DNA of 63,758 bases, filler included, from Collodictyon triciliatum (GCA_043381765.1; 17 parts of 17 records of this genome joined end to end with filler, not necessarily neighbours in it); one strand, 5' to 3'; positions 40,601 to 52,225 are shown, counted from the first letter of the whole stretch. Program-made: numbers and translations. Notes: generated by a model from the letters alone, not told the origin.

Positions 40601-41403
40601 CACCCCGAAGCCTTGTGATCGTGGTGCCGCACCAAAATGATTACAAAAAAGAAGGAGAAGAAAGGAAGGAGGATACACGCTGCCAAGAAGTCGTGCAGAA
40701 GATGCAGAGTGTGTGGAAAAGGAAGCCCGGCACTGTTCTTTGACGCTTCAACAAGGAGGATGATTGGGATCCGATCTGCTTTGGATGTTGGCTTTTCTTG
40801 CTTCACGGCGCCATTTCCACAATCGGGGCTTTTGTTTGTGCGTGAATTCGGCCGGTCGAAAGTCGTTAAAAAACAAAAAACAAAAAACAAAAAACAAAAA
40901 ACAAAAAACAAAAAACAAAAAACAAAAAACAAAAAACAAAAAACAAAAAACAAAAAACAAAAAACNNNNNNNNNNNNNNNNNNNNNNNNNNNNNNNNNNN
41001 NNNNNNNNNTTAATTAATTAANNNNNNNNNNNNNNNNNNNNNNNNNNNNNNNNNNNNNNNNNNNNTGATGCTTTTATGATGCTTTTATGATGCTTTTATG
41101 ATGCTTTTATGATGCTTTTATGATGCTTTTATGATGCTTTTATGATGCTTTTATGATGCTTTTATGATGCTTTTATGTTTTCATTCGTAATTATAATTTG
41201 ATTGTGTGGACTGCCCTCATTTAATACCGAATCTGATGGCAATCTCTTAAGCAAAACTCATTCAAGATTTATAAAAAAAAAAAAAAATTCTTAACAAAGT
41301 ATATGAAAGCGGAAAAAGGAAAGCACCAAAAGACGATGGCAAAAATAGATGGCGATTTACAGGAAAAGTATATGAAATATCGTGACAAAATAATATGATT
41401 TTC

Positions 41404-41458
41404 CTTCATGATTTTTTTTTTATTCTTGCTTACAATTTTGTGCAACTTTCTTCATGAT
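41404..41458 (-). mobile_element. 37-bp poly(A)-tailed micro-retroposon with 9-bp TSD (CTTCATGAT)
   Basis: TSDs at 41404-41412 and 41450-41458; insert on minus strand AAGTTGCACAAAATTGTAAGCAAGAATAAAAAAAAA. Confidence 0.7.
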
Positions 41459-41561
41459 ATTGAAAATTTATGATAGGGTGAGATAAACGTGGGTGCAGAG
41501 TATACACAGAACAGATATAATGTCACGTCCATATTTCTTCAGGGATACTTTGCCATGAATC

Positions 41562-42498
41562 TTAATCCTGAAAATCCAACCCATATTCCGGATAGAGGTC
41601 TGCAGTGCGAACATTCTTGATAAGAGCTGCATGGTGTGAACGAAGAGACCTTCACTAAAAAAAGAAAATAATAAACGTAGATGATATTATCATGTTACCC
41701 ATTTGCCCAATCAATATCTGAGCGACGTCTTTTGTTTCGTTGTATCTATGCAGATGTTGGATCAGAATGGAATCCTCTGGGGTGTGGCTATGTTTTGCAG
41801 TGAGACGGAAAGTCAATTTGAAGCAGCAATAAAAATGTATTCGCTGGTAATGCTCCACCAACGAAGATGTAATTTTATATTTTATTTATTGTAGGAGTAC
41901 AGACTACGTATCTCCCCATTCAAATCATAGTCCAAGGGTATCAATCTATGTATCTTAAAATTGTATATACGCATAACACGAATTGGAAGCGCACATGAGA
42001 CAGAAAGCATGGTTACGTTGTGTTTGGGAGAGACTGTCTTTTGGGCAGCGGTGCAGAGTGTATTGGCTGTGGAGAACCAGGCGAATGTTCTTGAATCTGA
42101 CCAGGTTGTGCAGTGTTGAAATGAGTAAGAGTGTGCGATTTCGTGGGTGGGCGAGAAATACCTGGGGTGGTTTTGCTGGAGAAGGAGGCTGCACGCAGGC
42201 GCGGTAGAGAGTCAGTTGTCGCTTCGTCCCTTTGCAAAGCGTTGTTTGGCGGCTATTTGTACGGCAGGTCAGAGAAGGCGAGAAGGTAAGAAGGCGAGAA
42301 GGCAAGAAGGGGAAAGGCGAGAGGAGCCGCCTACACGAGGGAGCGGGCAGCCAGAGACGCAAGCACAGGGCAGAGGCGGGAGGGCGGGAGTGCCGTGTGG
42401 CGCTGCAGCTGCTCGGCGGTCTGGGGTGTGGCGGAGGTGGCCAGCAGCCTCACGAGCGAGTCGTGTGCGTCGGTTGTGGTTGTGTGATCCGTGGCCAT
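41562..42498 (-). CDS. SWI5: Swi5/Sae3 recombination mediator with putative N-terminal winged-helix domain (6 exons, ~177 aa)
   Basis: Exons 42498-42335, 42252-42162, 42096-42017, 41945-41901, 41787-41699, 41626-41562 join in frame. C-terminal IQHLHRYNETKDVAQILIGQM|ALIKNVRTADLYPEYGLDFQD is the Swi5 signature. Confidence 0.85.
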
Positions 42499-42603
42499 GG
42501 CTGTGGTTGTGGTTTTTTGTGGTTGTCGTCACTTTATGAGTTGCCGACTGCAGTGTGTGGAAATGAGAGAAGTGAAGGGAAGTGATGAAGGGGCGAGTGG
42601 GAC

Positions 42604-43719
42604 TCAGATGCCCGAGAGGCGCTGCGGGTGCAGGGGCGGGCGGACAAGCGGGGCCAGGGCCGAGAACCCGGGGACGCGTGTCTTTGGGGCGGGGCAGTCC
42701 CTGTTGCTGCCGTCTTCGTCGAAGGCAAAGAGCAGCACGTCGTCGCCTTCACAGCCGAAACCAGAGTCATAATCAAAATCAGAGTCAGAGTCAGAGTCAG
42801 AGTCGGAGGTAGAAGCAGAGGCAGAGGCGGAGGCGGAGGCGGAGGCAGAGGCGGATGGGACGGGACGCGTGCTGGCGAAGCGCTCCATCAGAGAGACGGG
42901 GCCGACAGCAGCAGGCGTGGGGGGCGGAGAGCAGGCGACGTCACAGGCAGGTGCAGATCGAGGCGGCGTGGTGGGGATGACGACAGGCGGGGCGGGGGGA
43001 GGCCATGTGGCGAGGCGGGTTCTGCAGGGCTGTGGCTGTGGCTGTGGCTGTGGGGCGTAGTCGTCGATCAGCAGGGCAGGGAGCGAGTGGGCAGGCGGGG
43101 TGCGCAGGGCGGCGAGGGCGGGCGGGGCGGGGTCTGCGAGGACGGTGAGGGTCAGGCGGTGGGAGCGGCAGCGGACGGGGCGCAGGGCGACGGTGCGGGG
43201 CGAGGCGGCAAAGTGGGCGATGTTGGGGAAGCCGACAGCCACGCGCAGGGTCAGGCGCTCGCACAGGCGGCCGGCGGGGCTGCTCGCGTCTGCCCGGGCG
43301 GCCCGCACCACGCGCCACAGCGGCTGCACGCGCATCAGGCTGGTCAGCACGCGCGCAAGGCCCACGCCGTCCGCATCGTCCGCACCGCCCGCCGCGCCCC
43401 CGTCTGCCGCGTGCAGCTGCACCACGTACGACTCTGCCAGCTGCAGCTGCGGCCGCACCGCCCCCACGCGCACCCCCACGTCCACGCGCACCACAAAGTG
43501 CCGCGGCACCACCTGCGGCCACACCCCCGCCCACTCCTCAAACAGCGCCCCAGGCAGCGTGGCCGGCAGCGGCAGCAGCGCTTCGCGGTCCACGCACACC
43601 TCCCGCCTCCCGGCCCCGCACCGCTCCCCGCTCACCAGCCGCAGAATGCAGTCCACGAGGTCGGTGGCCTCGGGTCCGCTGTGGTTGTGGTTGTGGTTGT
43701 GGTTGTGGTTGTGATACAT
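42604..43719 (-). CDS. ATG13: Autophagy protein ATG13-like (HORMA domain + Pro/Ala/Ser-rich tail), intronless, very GC-rich
   Basis: LAESYVVQL..LARVLTSLMRVQPLWRVVR..TVALRPVRCRSHRLTLTVLAD resembles the Atg13 HORMA pattern (LE.W...L.SL...R..PA.RL...V.T..G.L.LSV.Y); acidic aromatic tail DFDYD..LLFAFDED. Confidence 0.7.
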   Translation of the reverse strand: MYHNHNHNHNHNHSGPEATDLVDCILRLVSGERCGAGRREVCVDREALLPLPATLPGALFEEWAGVWPQVVPRHFVVRVDVGVRVGAVRPQLQLAESYVVQLHAADGGAAGGADDADGVGLARVLTSLMRVQPLWRVVRAARADASSPAGRLCERLTLRVAVGFPNIAHFAASPRTVALRPVRCRSHRLTLTVLADPAPPALAALRTPPAHSLPALLIDDYAPQPQPQPQPCRTRLATWPPPAPPVVIPTTPPRSAPACDVACSPPPTPAAVGPVSLMERFASTRPVPSASASASASASASASTSDSDSDSDSDFDYDSGFGCEGDDVLLFAFDEDGSNRDCPAPKTRVPGFSALAPLVRPPLHPQRLSGI

Positions 43720-44568
43720 AGATGGCTCTAGGGGTTGTGGCTTGGGTCTTGTGTGCTCAGAGTACGGGGTCTGTGGGGGGTTGTGGCGGTTGTGGCGGTT
43801 GTGGCGGTTGTGTGGGTTGTTGCTATGGGGAGGGGGATTCTCATTTCTTCTGTGGGGTGCAAGCACGGAGCCTGTGGGGCGCGGAGGCGGGGGGTTAGTG
43901 TGTCTCGTGGCGTGTGGGTTTGGGTGTGCTGGTGTTTGTGTTGTGAACCGGATCTGCGTCAGTCCTCCGGTGTACTCACTTTGTTATGCGCTGTTCATTC
44001 TTTGCAGGAGCTTTCAGGGTGGGGCGCTGGGCGCGTCGCTTAGTACAACATGGTGGTGCTGTCCGGGTCTGTTCTTGCTTGCGTTCTGGGGTAATTAACT
44101 ATGGTTGAAGAGTAGAAATAAGATGGGCAGCGGCCGCTCGCCAGGTATCTATACCCCCCGCTACTGTTTCACGGAAAAATCTGTGGTGCGCATGTGGCAC
44201 GCTTCAGCTGGTGCGTTGTGCTTCGTCGGGAATTCAGATGTTACCTGTGCATACGCTAAAGGATCATCCAAATTATTAGTGTAATGCATAAGCAACTGTT
44301 TCAGTACTAAATTATATTGTTGAAATGAGAATGTTAAAAAATTATATTGATATTGAGGTATATATAATAAATTCCAGAATAGAATACTCAAAAGCTGCCC
44401 AACAACGCGTTTTTTTTCTCAGGCCAGAAGCAGAAGCAGAGCAGAAGCAGAAGCAGAAGCAGCAGAAGCAGAAGCAGCAGAAGCAGAAGTAGGAGCAGAA
44501 GCAGAAGATCCTGGCGGAAGATCCAGGCAGATCCAGGCAGAACAGACACAAAGAGAAGAGCGCACAGC

Positions 44569-44907
44569 ATGGCAGAGACGCAGCGCCGCACGGCCCTGAG
44601 GCTGTACCGCACGATCCTGGACCTGCACCGGCGCAAGCTGCCGTTCGACATGCGCGTGCTGGGCAACCAGTATGTGCGGGAGGAGTTCCGGCTGCACAAG
44701 AGGGCGCAGGGCTCGCAGCTGCGCATGTTCATGGACGAGTGGCGGCAGTATGCGCACGTGCTTGAGACGCAGGCCGAGGTCACCGGGCAGGACATGGCCG
44801 AGGACGTGCGCCAGGCGCTCTCCCAGGAGCAGCGCGTCCAGCTCAGCAAGCTCAAGGACGAGGCCCGCACCTTTGCAAAGGACGAGGACGACAGCTACAA
44901 GTTGTGA
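44569..44907 (+). CDS. SDHAF3: Succinate dehydrogenase assembly factor 3 (LYR protein), intronless
   Basis: LRLYRTILDLHRRKLPFDMRVLGNQYVREEFRLHK..FMDEWRQY..LSQEQRVQLSKLKDE. Confidence 0.93.
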   Translation: MAETQRRTALRLYRTILDLHRRKLPFDMRVLGNQYVREEFRLHKRAQGSQLRMFMDEWRQYAHVLETQAEVTGQDMAEDVRQALSQEQRVQLSKLKDEARTFAKDEDDSYKL

Positions 44908-44911
44908 TGTC

Positions 44912-45011
<100 letters not shown>

Positions 45012-45463
45012 TNNNNNNNNNNNNNNNNNNNNNNNNNNNNNNNNNNNNNNNNNNNNTTAATTAATTAANNNNNNNNNNNNNNNNNNNNNNNNNNNNNNNN
45101 NNNNNNNNNNNNGTGAGTGAGTGAGTGAGTGAGTGAGTGAGTGAGTGAGTGAGTGAGTGAGTGAGTGAGTGAGTGAGTGAGTGAGTGAGTGAGAGAGTGA
45201 GTGAGTGAGTGAGTGAGTGAGTGAGAGAGTGAGTGAGTGAGTGAGTGACTTTGTACTTGTGTTTTGAACAGTGTATGTGTCCTTTGATCGGAGAAAATAA
45301 AAACGGGAGAATGGATGCTTGTCGGATTGTTGCTCCGGTGATTTCAATCCATGTTTCTGATTATTTATTTTCTTTATTCGATTCAAAGTGTAGCGAGGTT
45401 ATGCCATACAAAGGGGCGGGATGGGAGCGCATGTTAGAGAGCAAACGCGAGTAGGTGAAGACA

Positions 45464-46130
45464 CTACCATGGAGAGACTAGCACCAGAAAGAAATTAGTG
45501 ATAATGAGTAGGTTAGGTGGACGACCCAGCTGGTTAAATGGTTGCAAAGGTAGCAGGGGTTGGATATGCTGTGGGAGATATCGCACGACACATTCCCACA
45601 TCTCTCTTCGCTTGCGGTCAGAGTAGCGAAGAATGCCAGCGTGTTTCAGCAGCCTGTTCAAGAATCTGTATTGCACGAGGCTTTCAAGCATGGCTACATT
45701 GGTTTCTCGTTCGGGTGAATCGTTAGAGCGAGAGAATGCGCGCACACTCCATAAGGACCACAGCATATGTCCCCTTGTGACTGTCCAGAGTATTCTAGAG
45801 TCGTGGGTCATTAGGTATTGTGGGCCAAACAGGATGTCAGACGCGCTGAGTTGATTGGGAGCATAATCAAGCTCAGAGAGCATCTTGTGGGTAAACTCTG
45901 TCACTTTTTGAGCAAGAGAGCACTTCACAAATGTGTGTTCGATATAGTCATCTCCACTATGGCACATGGTGCATTCTGGAGAGGTCGTTGCTGCGTGGAC
46001 TACGCGCGCACCTATCCACAGCTCTCTGTTGGAGATATTGAGAAGTAGGGCGCAGTGTTTCGGGAGTAGCTGAGATATGAGGGCTTACTTCCAGCTTTTG
46101 GCTATCGGCGTGTCTATAACGCCTGTAGTT
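45464..46130 (-). mobile_element. 5'-truncated L1/Tx1-like LINE ORF2 3' end with CCHC zinc knuckle (copy 2)
   Basis: SWK*..LLPKHCALLLNISNRELWIG..CTMCHSGDDYIEHTFVKC (Cx2Cx8Hx4C)..LWSLWSVR; one in-frame stop. Confidence 0.75.
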
Positions 46131-46395
46131 TGTCCGCCAGCCAGGCCGAAAAGACCATAGCGCGTTCCCTTTGTACATTGGGTAATTCCAGATTTGTGAG
46201 CTCCACCGCCACCGGGAAAGCTGATTCATCTCGATCGGCTGGGAGCAGGCGAAACAAACAAGCTGGCGTAGAGCGCTTTGGGGCAGCCAGCGTCGAGTTG
46301 CCCTCCCTAGAACTCTCTCTAGCAGAGACTCTATGATTCTGCAGAAAACCTCGTGCATATTGACCATTTAATCGCTCCTTCTTTCAGTAGATCCT

Positions 46396-47058
46396 ATGAG
46401 CAGTGTCATCAAGGAGGCTGTTGCCAGGTCGGTCAAGAAGAGCACCGGAATCGTCGGGCTGCCGGTCGTCCCAAACGCCCGTGATGTTCTGATCAATATG
46501 TACACTCACACTCTAGAGGTTGTCAAGGCTATTCCCGCACAAGCCGACTATCGTAAGGCCGTAGAAGAATTCACCTCGTTCAGACTTGATGTAGGTCACT
46601 TGTGCAAAACACAAAAAACGCTATTGCTTTGACTTCTACCTTCCTACCTAACCTCGTCAGGGTGAGAGTGTGAAGATGCTTTGCTTTTAATATACGTCTT
46701 TTGAGATTTTCAGTTTCGTTGATAGACAGAATAACCGTCACTTTTTCTCGAAAACCCACCACCGTGTCCTTCTGCTGTTTCTTGAGACAAGTATGGAAGG
46801 TAACTTAATTTGTAATAGGTTGTCAAAAGCACAGAAGATATTCAAGAGATTGAAACCAAGATCAAGTGCGGACAAGTGGAGGAGCTGATTGAACAAGCCA
46901 AAGATGAGTTGGAATTGATTCCCGTGATGCTTAAGTGGAAGCCATGGGAAAAGAACATCAAGCTTCCGATTTTCCATCCAGTCAAAGCTTTACAAGAAGC
47001 CCAGCAAGAGCAACCTGCTCAGCCTTCATCCCCTGCATCTCCAGCACCCCCGAAATAA
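46396..47058 (+). CDS. NDUFA5: NADH dehydrogenase 1 alpha subcomplex subunit 5
   Basis: Exons 46396-46590 and 46819-47058; KSTGIVGLPV..IPAQADYRKAVEEFT..CGQVEELIEQAKDELELIPVMLKWKPWE. Confidence 0.95.
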
Positions 47059-47145
47059 AGAAGGCAGGAAGTTTCACATCATCACCAATGCCCCACTCAC
47101 ATCCTACTTGAACTTTCGCCATCCGGTCCCAATCGGACAATAAAT

Positions 47146-47201
<56 letters not shown>

Positions 47202-47402
47202 AGATGGAAAGGGTTTCATGGGATATGCAGGCTAGCGATGCCCAGCGCGACAATTAAATAATTTAGTCTTCATTTTTTTTTTCAGTTTATCTCTTGAAAC
47301 CTAATGGTCTGGTGGGCATGTGTGGAGTGTAACACTCTCGTGTGAAACACCAAAGTCGTAACTTGTTTCGTTGAGCGGAAAGTAATCCCCACGCAGTCCC
47401 AC

Positions 47403-48891
47403 TTAGTCCACACGAACAGACCATTCGTGAGGGATTTTCCCGTACTAAAGAGTGTATTTTGAACTTATATCAGATATGGCGAGACAGCTGAGAAGTAGTA
47501 CCTAGACTACACATGGACACATGTTCACATTTCTTTTTCATGAAAAAAGATAGACTAGGCACATCACTAGGAATAATATAACCTGAATCCCCATGATGGT
47601 GTCGGCAACGCGCTTGGCAATCGGCCCAATCTTAGACTCAGCCTCAGGCCCGAGAGGGATTTGGTAGTCCTACAGACAGTATGGATCAGACAGTTTCTTA
47701 ATGGACACAAAAATAACTCCGGCAATTAGACCCTAACCTACACCAAATAAAAGCATACCTTTCCATCGAAATTGATGCATTTTATTGGAGAAACAATCGC
47801 AGCAGTTCCCGCTCCAAACGCTTCGTAAAGCTGAAGAGAAAATATCGCAACAATTCGACCAGAGCAGTGGTACATGTGAGTAAGGGAAAAAAAAGGGGTC
47901 TCGATCAATATGCAATCATATGGCATCAGATAAAGATTCCTACGCGGCCTTCCTTGAGGGCATTGAGAACTTCACCCATGGTATAAGTACGCTCGGTCAC
48001 TTCAAACTCGCCCCACTTGCGAGCGAGAGTAAGAATAGAATCGCGGGTGACTCCCTCCAAGATAGTTCCATCACCCAGGGGGGCTGTGATGAGTTCCTTC
48101 TTTCCTGTACGTTTTTTATCAGGACAAAAAAACAACAACAAAAAAAAACAGCAGCAGCAACAAAGCGAAGAAAATAATGAGGTGAATTATGGACATCAGA
48201 AGCATGTCAAGTATGAAAACTGACCATCCTTGCGCTGCCAAAAAACAAACATGTTCATGGTTCCGACTTCTGTGACTTGGTGGTCCTCTCCAAATAGCCA
48301 CAGAATTTGGGAGTATCCACTCTTTGCTGCCTCTTGTTGCGGCTTAATACCAGGGGCATAGTTTCTGCAAGGGAGTAAATGGGGCAATTTTTACCAATAT
48401 GAAATATAACTCGCAGGTTAATACATTCATACGGTATGTCCATGATGGATAAAGTGAGCAGAGCTCAAACCCTCCACATTTCGTATATCCGGTTCCTCCA
48501 GGCCAAGCACGCACATATTTGGTGGTGGCCAATAAAGAGACGGGATTAAATCCAGTCTTGTAGTACGGGCCGACCGGCGAGAGAATGACGTACAACAGGG
48601 CTTGTGTGGTCGGTGCAACACCAAGAACGGGCTATGACGGACGTGAGGCGTTGACTTATTGACTCACATAAAATGTAAACACATCGATTCTTCTATTATT
48701 TCTTTGGGGTTACTGAAAACGTAGATTCGTAAATCTTTGACCGTGGAAGTGGAGAAGTAGGGTAGCGTTACCATAGTGGCAATCATGGTGGGACGAATGT
48801 ATAGAGAGTAGCCGACACCCTTTGGAATCCAATCTTTATCAACTTTGAGCAGCTCCTTGAGGCATTTGAGGAGCTCGCCCTTATCGAATGT
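47403..48891 (-). CDS. BCAT: Branched-chain amino acid aminotransferase (3' part)
   Basis: [81 protein letters not shown]. Confidence 0.95.
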
Positions 48892-51045
48892 CTGGTCACA
48901 TATATTTGTATTAGTGGAGTGCATTCCTTTCCCACTTCAGATTCAGAACAATTTATGATGGGGAATGTGATTGGCCAGTTTCCTATCAGTTGTGAAACAT
49001 ACAAGAGACAAAAACAAAACAAACAAACAAACAAACAAACAAACAAACAAACAAACAAACAAACAAACAAACAAACAAACAAACAAACAAACAAACAAAA
49101 CAAAACAAAACAAAANNNNNNNNNNNNNNNNNNNNNNNNNNNNNNNNNNNNNNNNNNNNTTAATTAATTAANNNNNNNNNNNNNNNNNNNNNNNNNNNNN
49201 NNNNNNNNNNNNNNNACAAAAACAAAAACAAAAACAAAAACAAAAACAAAAACAAAAACAAAAACAAAAACAAAAACAAAAACAAAAACAAAAACAAAAA
49301 CAAAAACAAAAAGGAAAAGGAGAGAAAAAATTCTCACAAGCAGACTATTCTACCCGAGGTGAATCAGCTCCAATACGATTTCTCGTTCTATTCGAGACTG
49401 ACAGAAGAGCGGATAAAGCTGTTGGGTCGATGAAAGTACGCACATCGCAGTTACTTCTCAAATCGATTTACACGGAGCAAAGATATTCAGCAAGCTAGAC
49501 TTGTGCTCCGGACACTACCATATGCGAATCTCAGAAGGAGACGTTCATAAAACAACCTTCCGAACAAATTTTAGGGTTGCTCGAGATCCTACTCATGTCT
49601 TTTGGGCGGACCCTAACCTTGTTAACAATTCTAAAACTCGTGCAAAAAATATTAAAAGACTTCACGGGCAAGTTCGTTGTCTGCCATTTAGACAGCATCT
49701 TAGTATTCAGTAAGTCAGCGAAATAATACAAGAAACACTTAGAACTAGTATTTGAAGCGCTTACAGCGAATAAGGTTTACGATAAACTTAAGGAATGTGA
49801 GTTTGGTACAAAATAAAGAGGAATTTATTGGCTACATTATCACATCAGAGGACATTAAGACAGATTAAGACAAGGCAGAAGGAATTAAATAATAGTCAGG
49901 ACCGACAAAGAAGATAGAATTACGCACTTTTCTAGGACTGGCAAATCAATATCTACACGTTGTTAAAGACTTCTCCCTAATCGCCAGACCGCTCACAGAC
50001 ATGCTGAAGAATTGGGGAGAATTCAAATGGAAAGAAGCTCACTCAACAGCCTTCGAAGATATTAAGGCTAAGTTGACCAGCACGCCAGTGCTTAACCCAC
50101 CAGTTTCGAGCAAATCACTCTCGTGAACATACAACGCCTCGGCCTCCGCAGCAGGGACATCCTTGAGCCAAAAAATTTATGGACACACACGCATACACAT
50201 ATATATACACACACGCACACACATACATATATATATATACATACACACATATATATACATACGTATACACACACACATAGAGACATATTCACGAAAGTAA
50301 AGCGAAAGCATAATAGAATCGAAAGATAAAATGGAGAAATTAATTAAGAGAGAACACAAGAAGGACTCTTATTTTGGAGGATTATGGATGGCCTTGACAG
50401 AAGGCAAAATCCCATCGACCCTAGAAAACAAAGTACAAAAATATTTAATCAAAGACAACCTGATCTTTACAGTCAAGGATAGGAGACTGTGTTGACCCAA
50501 TAACGAGAAAATCATCAAGACCATAATTTACAACAACCACTGTTCAGCCGTTGCTGGTCATTTTGAATTAAATAAAACATATGAACAGATAAGATCGAAA
50601 TATATCTGCTCAGGAATGCAAAGAACAATTAAATAATACATTGTGTCATGTGGTAGTTGCCAAGAAGGAGATTCAAATATTTAAAAAACCGCAAAGTTTA
50701 CCATAATCGATAGAAGCTCCTCCACAACTTTGGCGAGAAATTGAAATGGATTACATAACAAATTTGCCGAAAACAAGGAAAGTCAATGACTGTGTGGCAG
50801 TTTTTGTAGGACAATTGATAAAGTCTGCCCATTTTTCCGCGTGAAAAGGAACAGCATTCGCACTAGAAATGACAGTTTTTTTTTTTTGATAGCATATTCA
50901 AGGTTCATGTTCTACCAAGGAATATCATCGTTGAAAGAGACAACTGATTCACAAGTAGACTTTGGAAATCGACGATAGAAGCTTCAAACGAGAAACTAGG
51001 GATGTCCACCGCATCGTTCTCAAAAACAGAGAGACAAACAGAGAA

Positions 51046-51099
51046 AACTAATTTTTTTATTCTGCCTTTCAATTTTGTGCAGGATAGTGGAGAACTAAT
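51046..51099 (-). mobile_element. 40-bp poly(A)-tailed micro-retroposon inserted in the Ty3 integrase, 7-bp TSD (AACTAAT)
   Basis: TSDs at 51046-51052 and 51093-51099; removing the insert restores QTEKTNGTIEITVRTY. Confidence 0.8.
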
Positions 51100-51859
51100 G
51101 GCACAATAGAAATAACGGTGAGAACATATAGAAACGAGAAACAAAATGATTGGGACATATTGCTACCACTATTAGGGTTCGCGTACAACAATTCAACAAA
51201 CCCGACGACGAAAATGACACCATTCGATTTGAACAAAAGCCAGTAATCGAAAGCTTTACAACCCTTAATACAAAGAATAAGCGAATCAGATAAATTGACA
51301 TGAGATGAAATTGTGGATATTATTAAAACAAAAGTATAGAATATGCAGAAATATACAGAAGGGACACATGAAGGTCAGACACGCTACTCGGATAGTAAAA
51401 GAAAATTCGTGAAATTTACAGAAGGGGATATGGTACTCCTGAATGCTAGTAAGTTGAGATGGTAATTAAAAAACTGACACAAAGAAATTACAAACCCGAG
51501 TCATAGGACCATTTAGAGCGGAGAAGGTGATATCCCAGGTATCATACAAGCTAATATTACTAAAAAAAACATGAAAATTTATCCAGTATATTACATTAAC
51601 CTACTAAACAAGTATACCAGTAGAAAATATAACGAACAAGTAAAAGAGGATATAGTTGAGATAAAAGGTACTCGTGAGTTTGAATTTGAAAAGATATTAG
51701 GTAAGAGAATGGCTAAAGGTAAAGTCGAATACCTACAGAGACGGAAAGGATACATGGAAGAAGGCAATGGGAAACCACTAACAGACCGAAAGAATGGCAT
51801 GGACTATGTGAAGCAATTTGAAGAAGCGTCGAGGTCGCCGCTCGAGGGAAGGGAATAGT

Positions 51860-52225
51860 TGTAACAAACGCCCTTTTACAACGGACTATACATCTCTAGA
51901 ATACAGCATACCAGGAAAATTTCGAGGAAGAACGCCTCACCAGCGTGACGAAAGGGCAATTAACCCCCTCGCGACAAAGGCGTGGACGTTTCGTAAGCGT
52001 GAGTCGCATATAGGCGTCTACCCCAATACTAATGGCCCCTTCTACGCCTAGCTGTGCCTACGTTTTACCCTTCTCCTAGCGAGAACAATAAAGAATCTTA
52101 GTCTTTCGAGACGATGATATCCTCTCCTTACAGTATTTGATGTAATTGTCTTCCTCTCAGGTCCTCTTTCAGACGAAGAAGCCATGCCTTGGCCTTTTTT
52201 TTTTTTTTTTGATTTCAGGATTACA
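51860..52225 (+). repeat. 3' LTR of the Ty3/Gypsy element
   Basis: Follows polypurine tract GAGGGAAGGGAATAG; termini TGTAA...TTACA form an inverted repeat; partner LTR not in the contig. Confidence 0.75.

Larger units (their letters stand above)
49440..52225 (+). mobile_element. Decayed Ty3/Gypsy chromovirus-type LTR retrotransposon (RT, partial RNase H region, integrase, chromodomain, PPT, 3' LTR)
   Basis: [49 protein letters not shown] finger H..AGHF..KTY..SCGSCQ; MDYITNLP; DWDILLPLLGFAYNN; chromodomain FEFEKILGKR..VEYL; many stops and frameshifts. Confidence 0.92.

Noticed and set aside
40637-40860. CxxCxxC-containing ORF upstream of VPS13
   Set aside because: Runs into a microsatellite and has no family pattern; likely promoter or UTR sequence.
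42628-43731. Long plus-strand ORFs antisense to ATG13
   Set aside because: Expected shadow ORFs in very GC-rich coding DNA; no recognisable motifs.
49440-51858. Stop-codon reassignment suggested by many in-frame stops
   Set aside because: Stops are confined to decayed transposons with frameshifts; host genes end normally in TAA, TAG or TGA with no internal stops.
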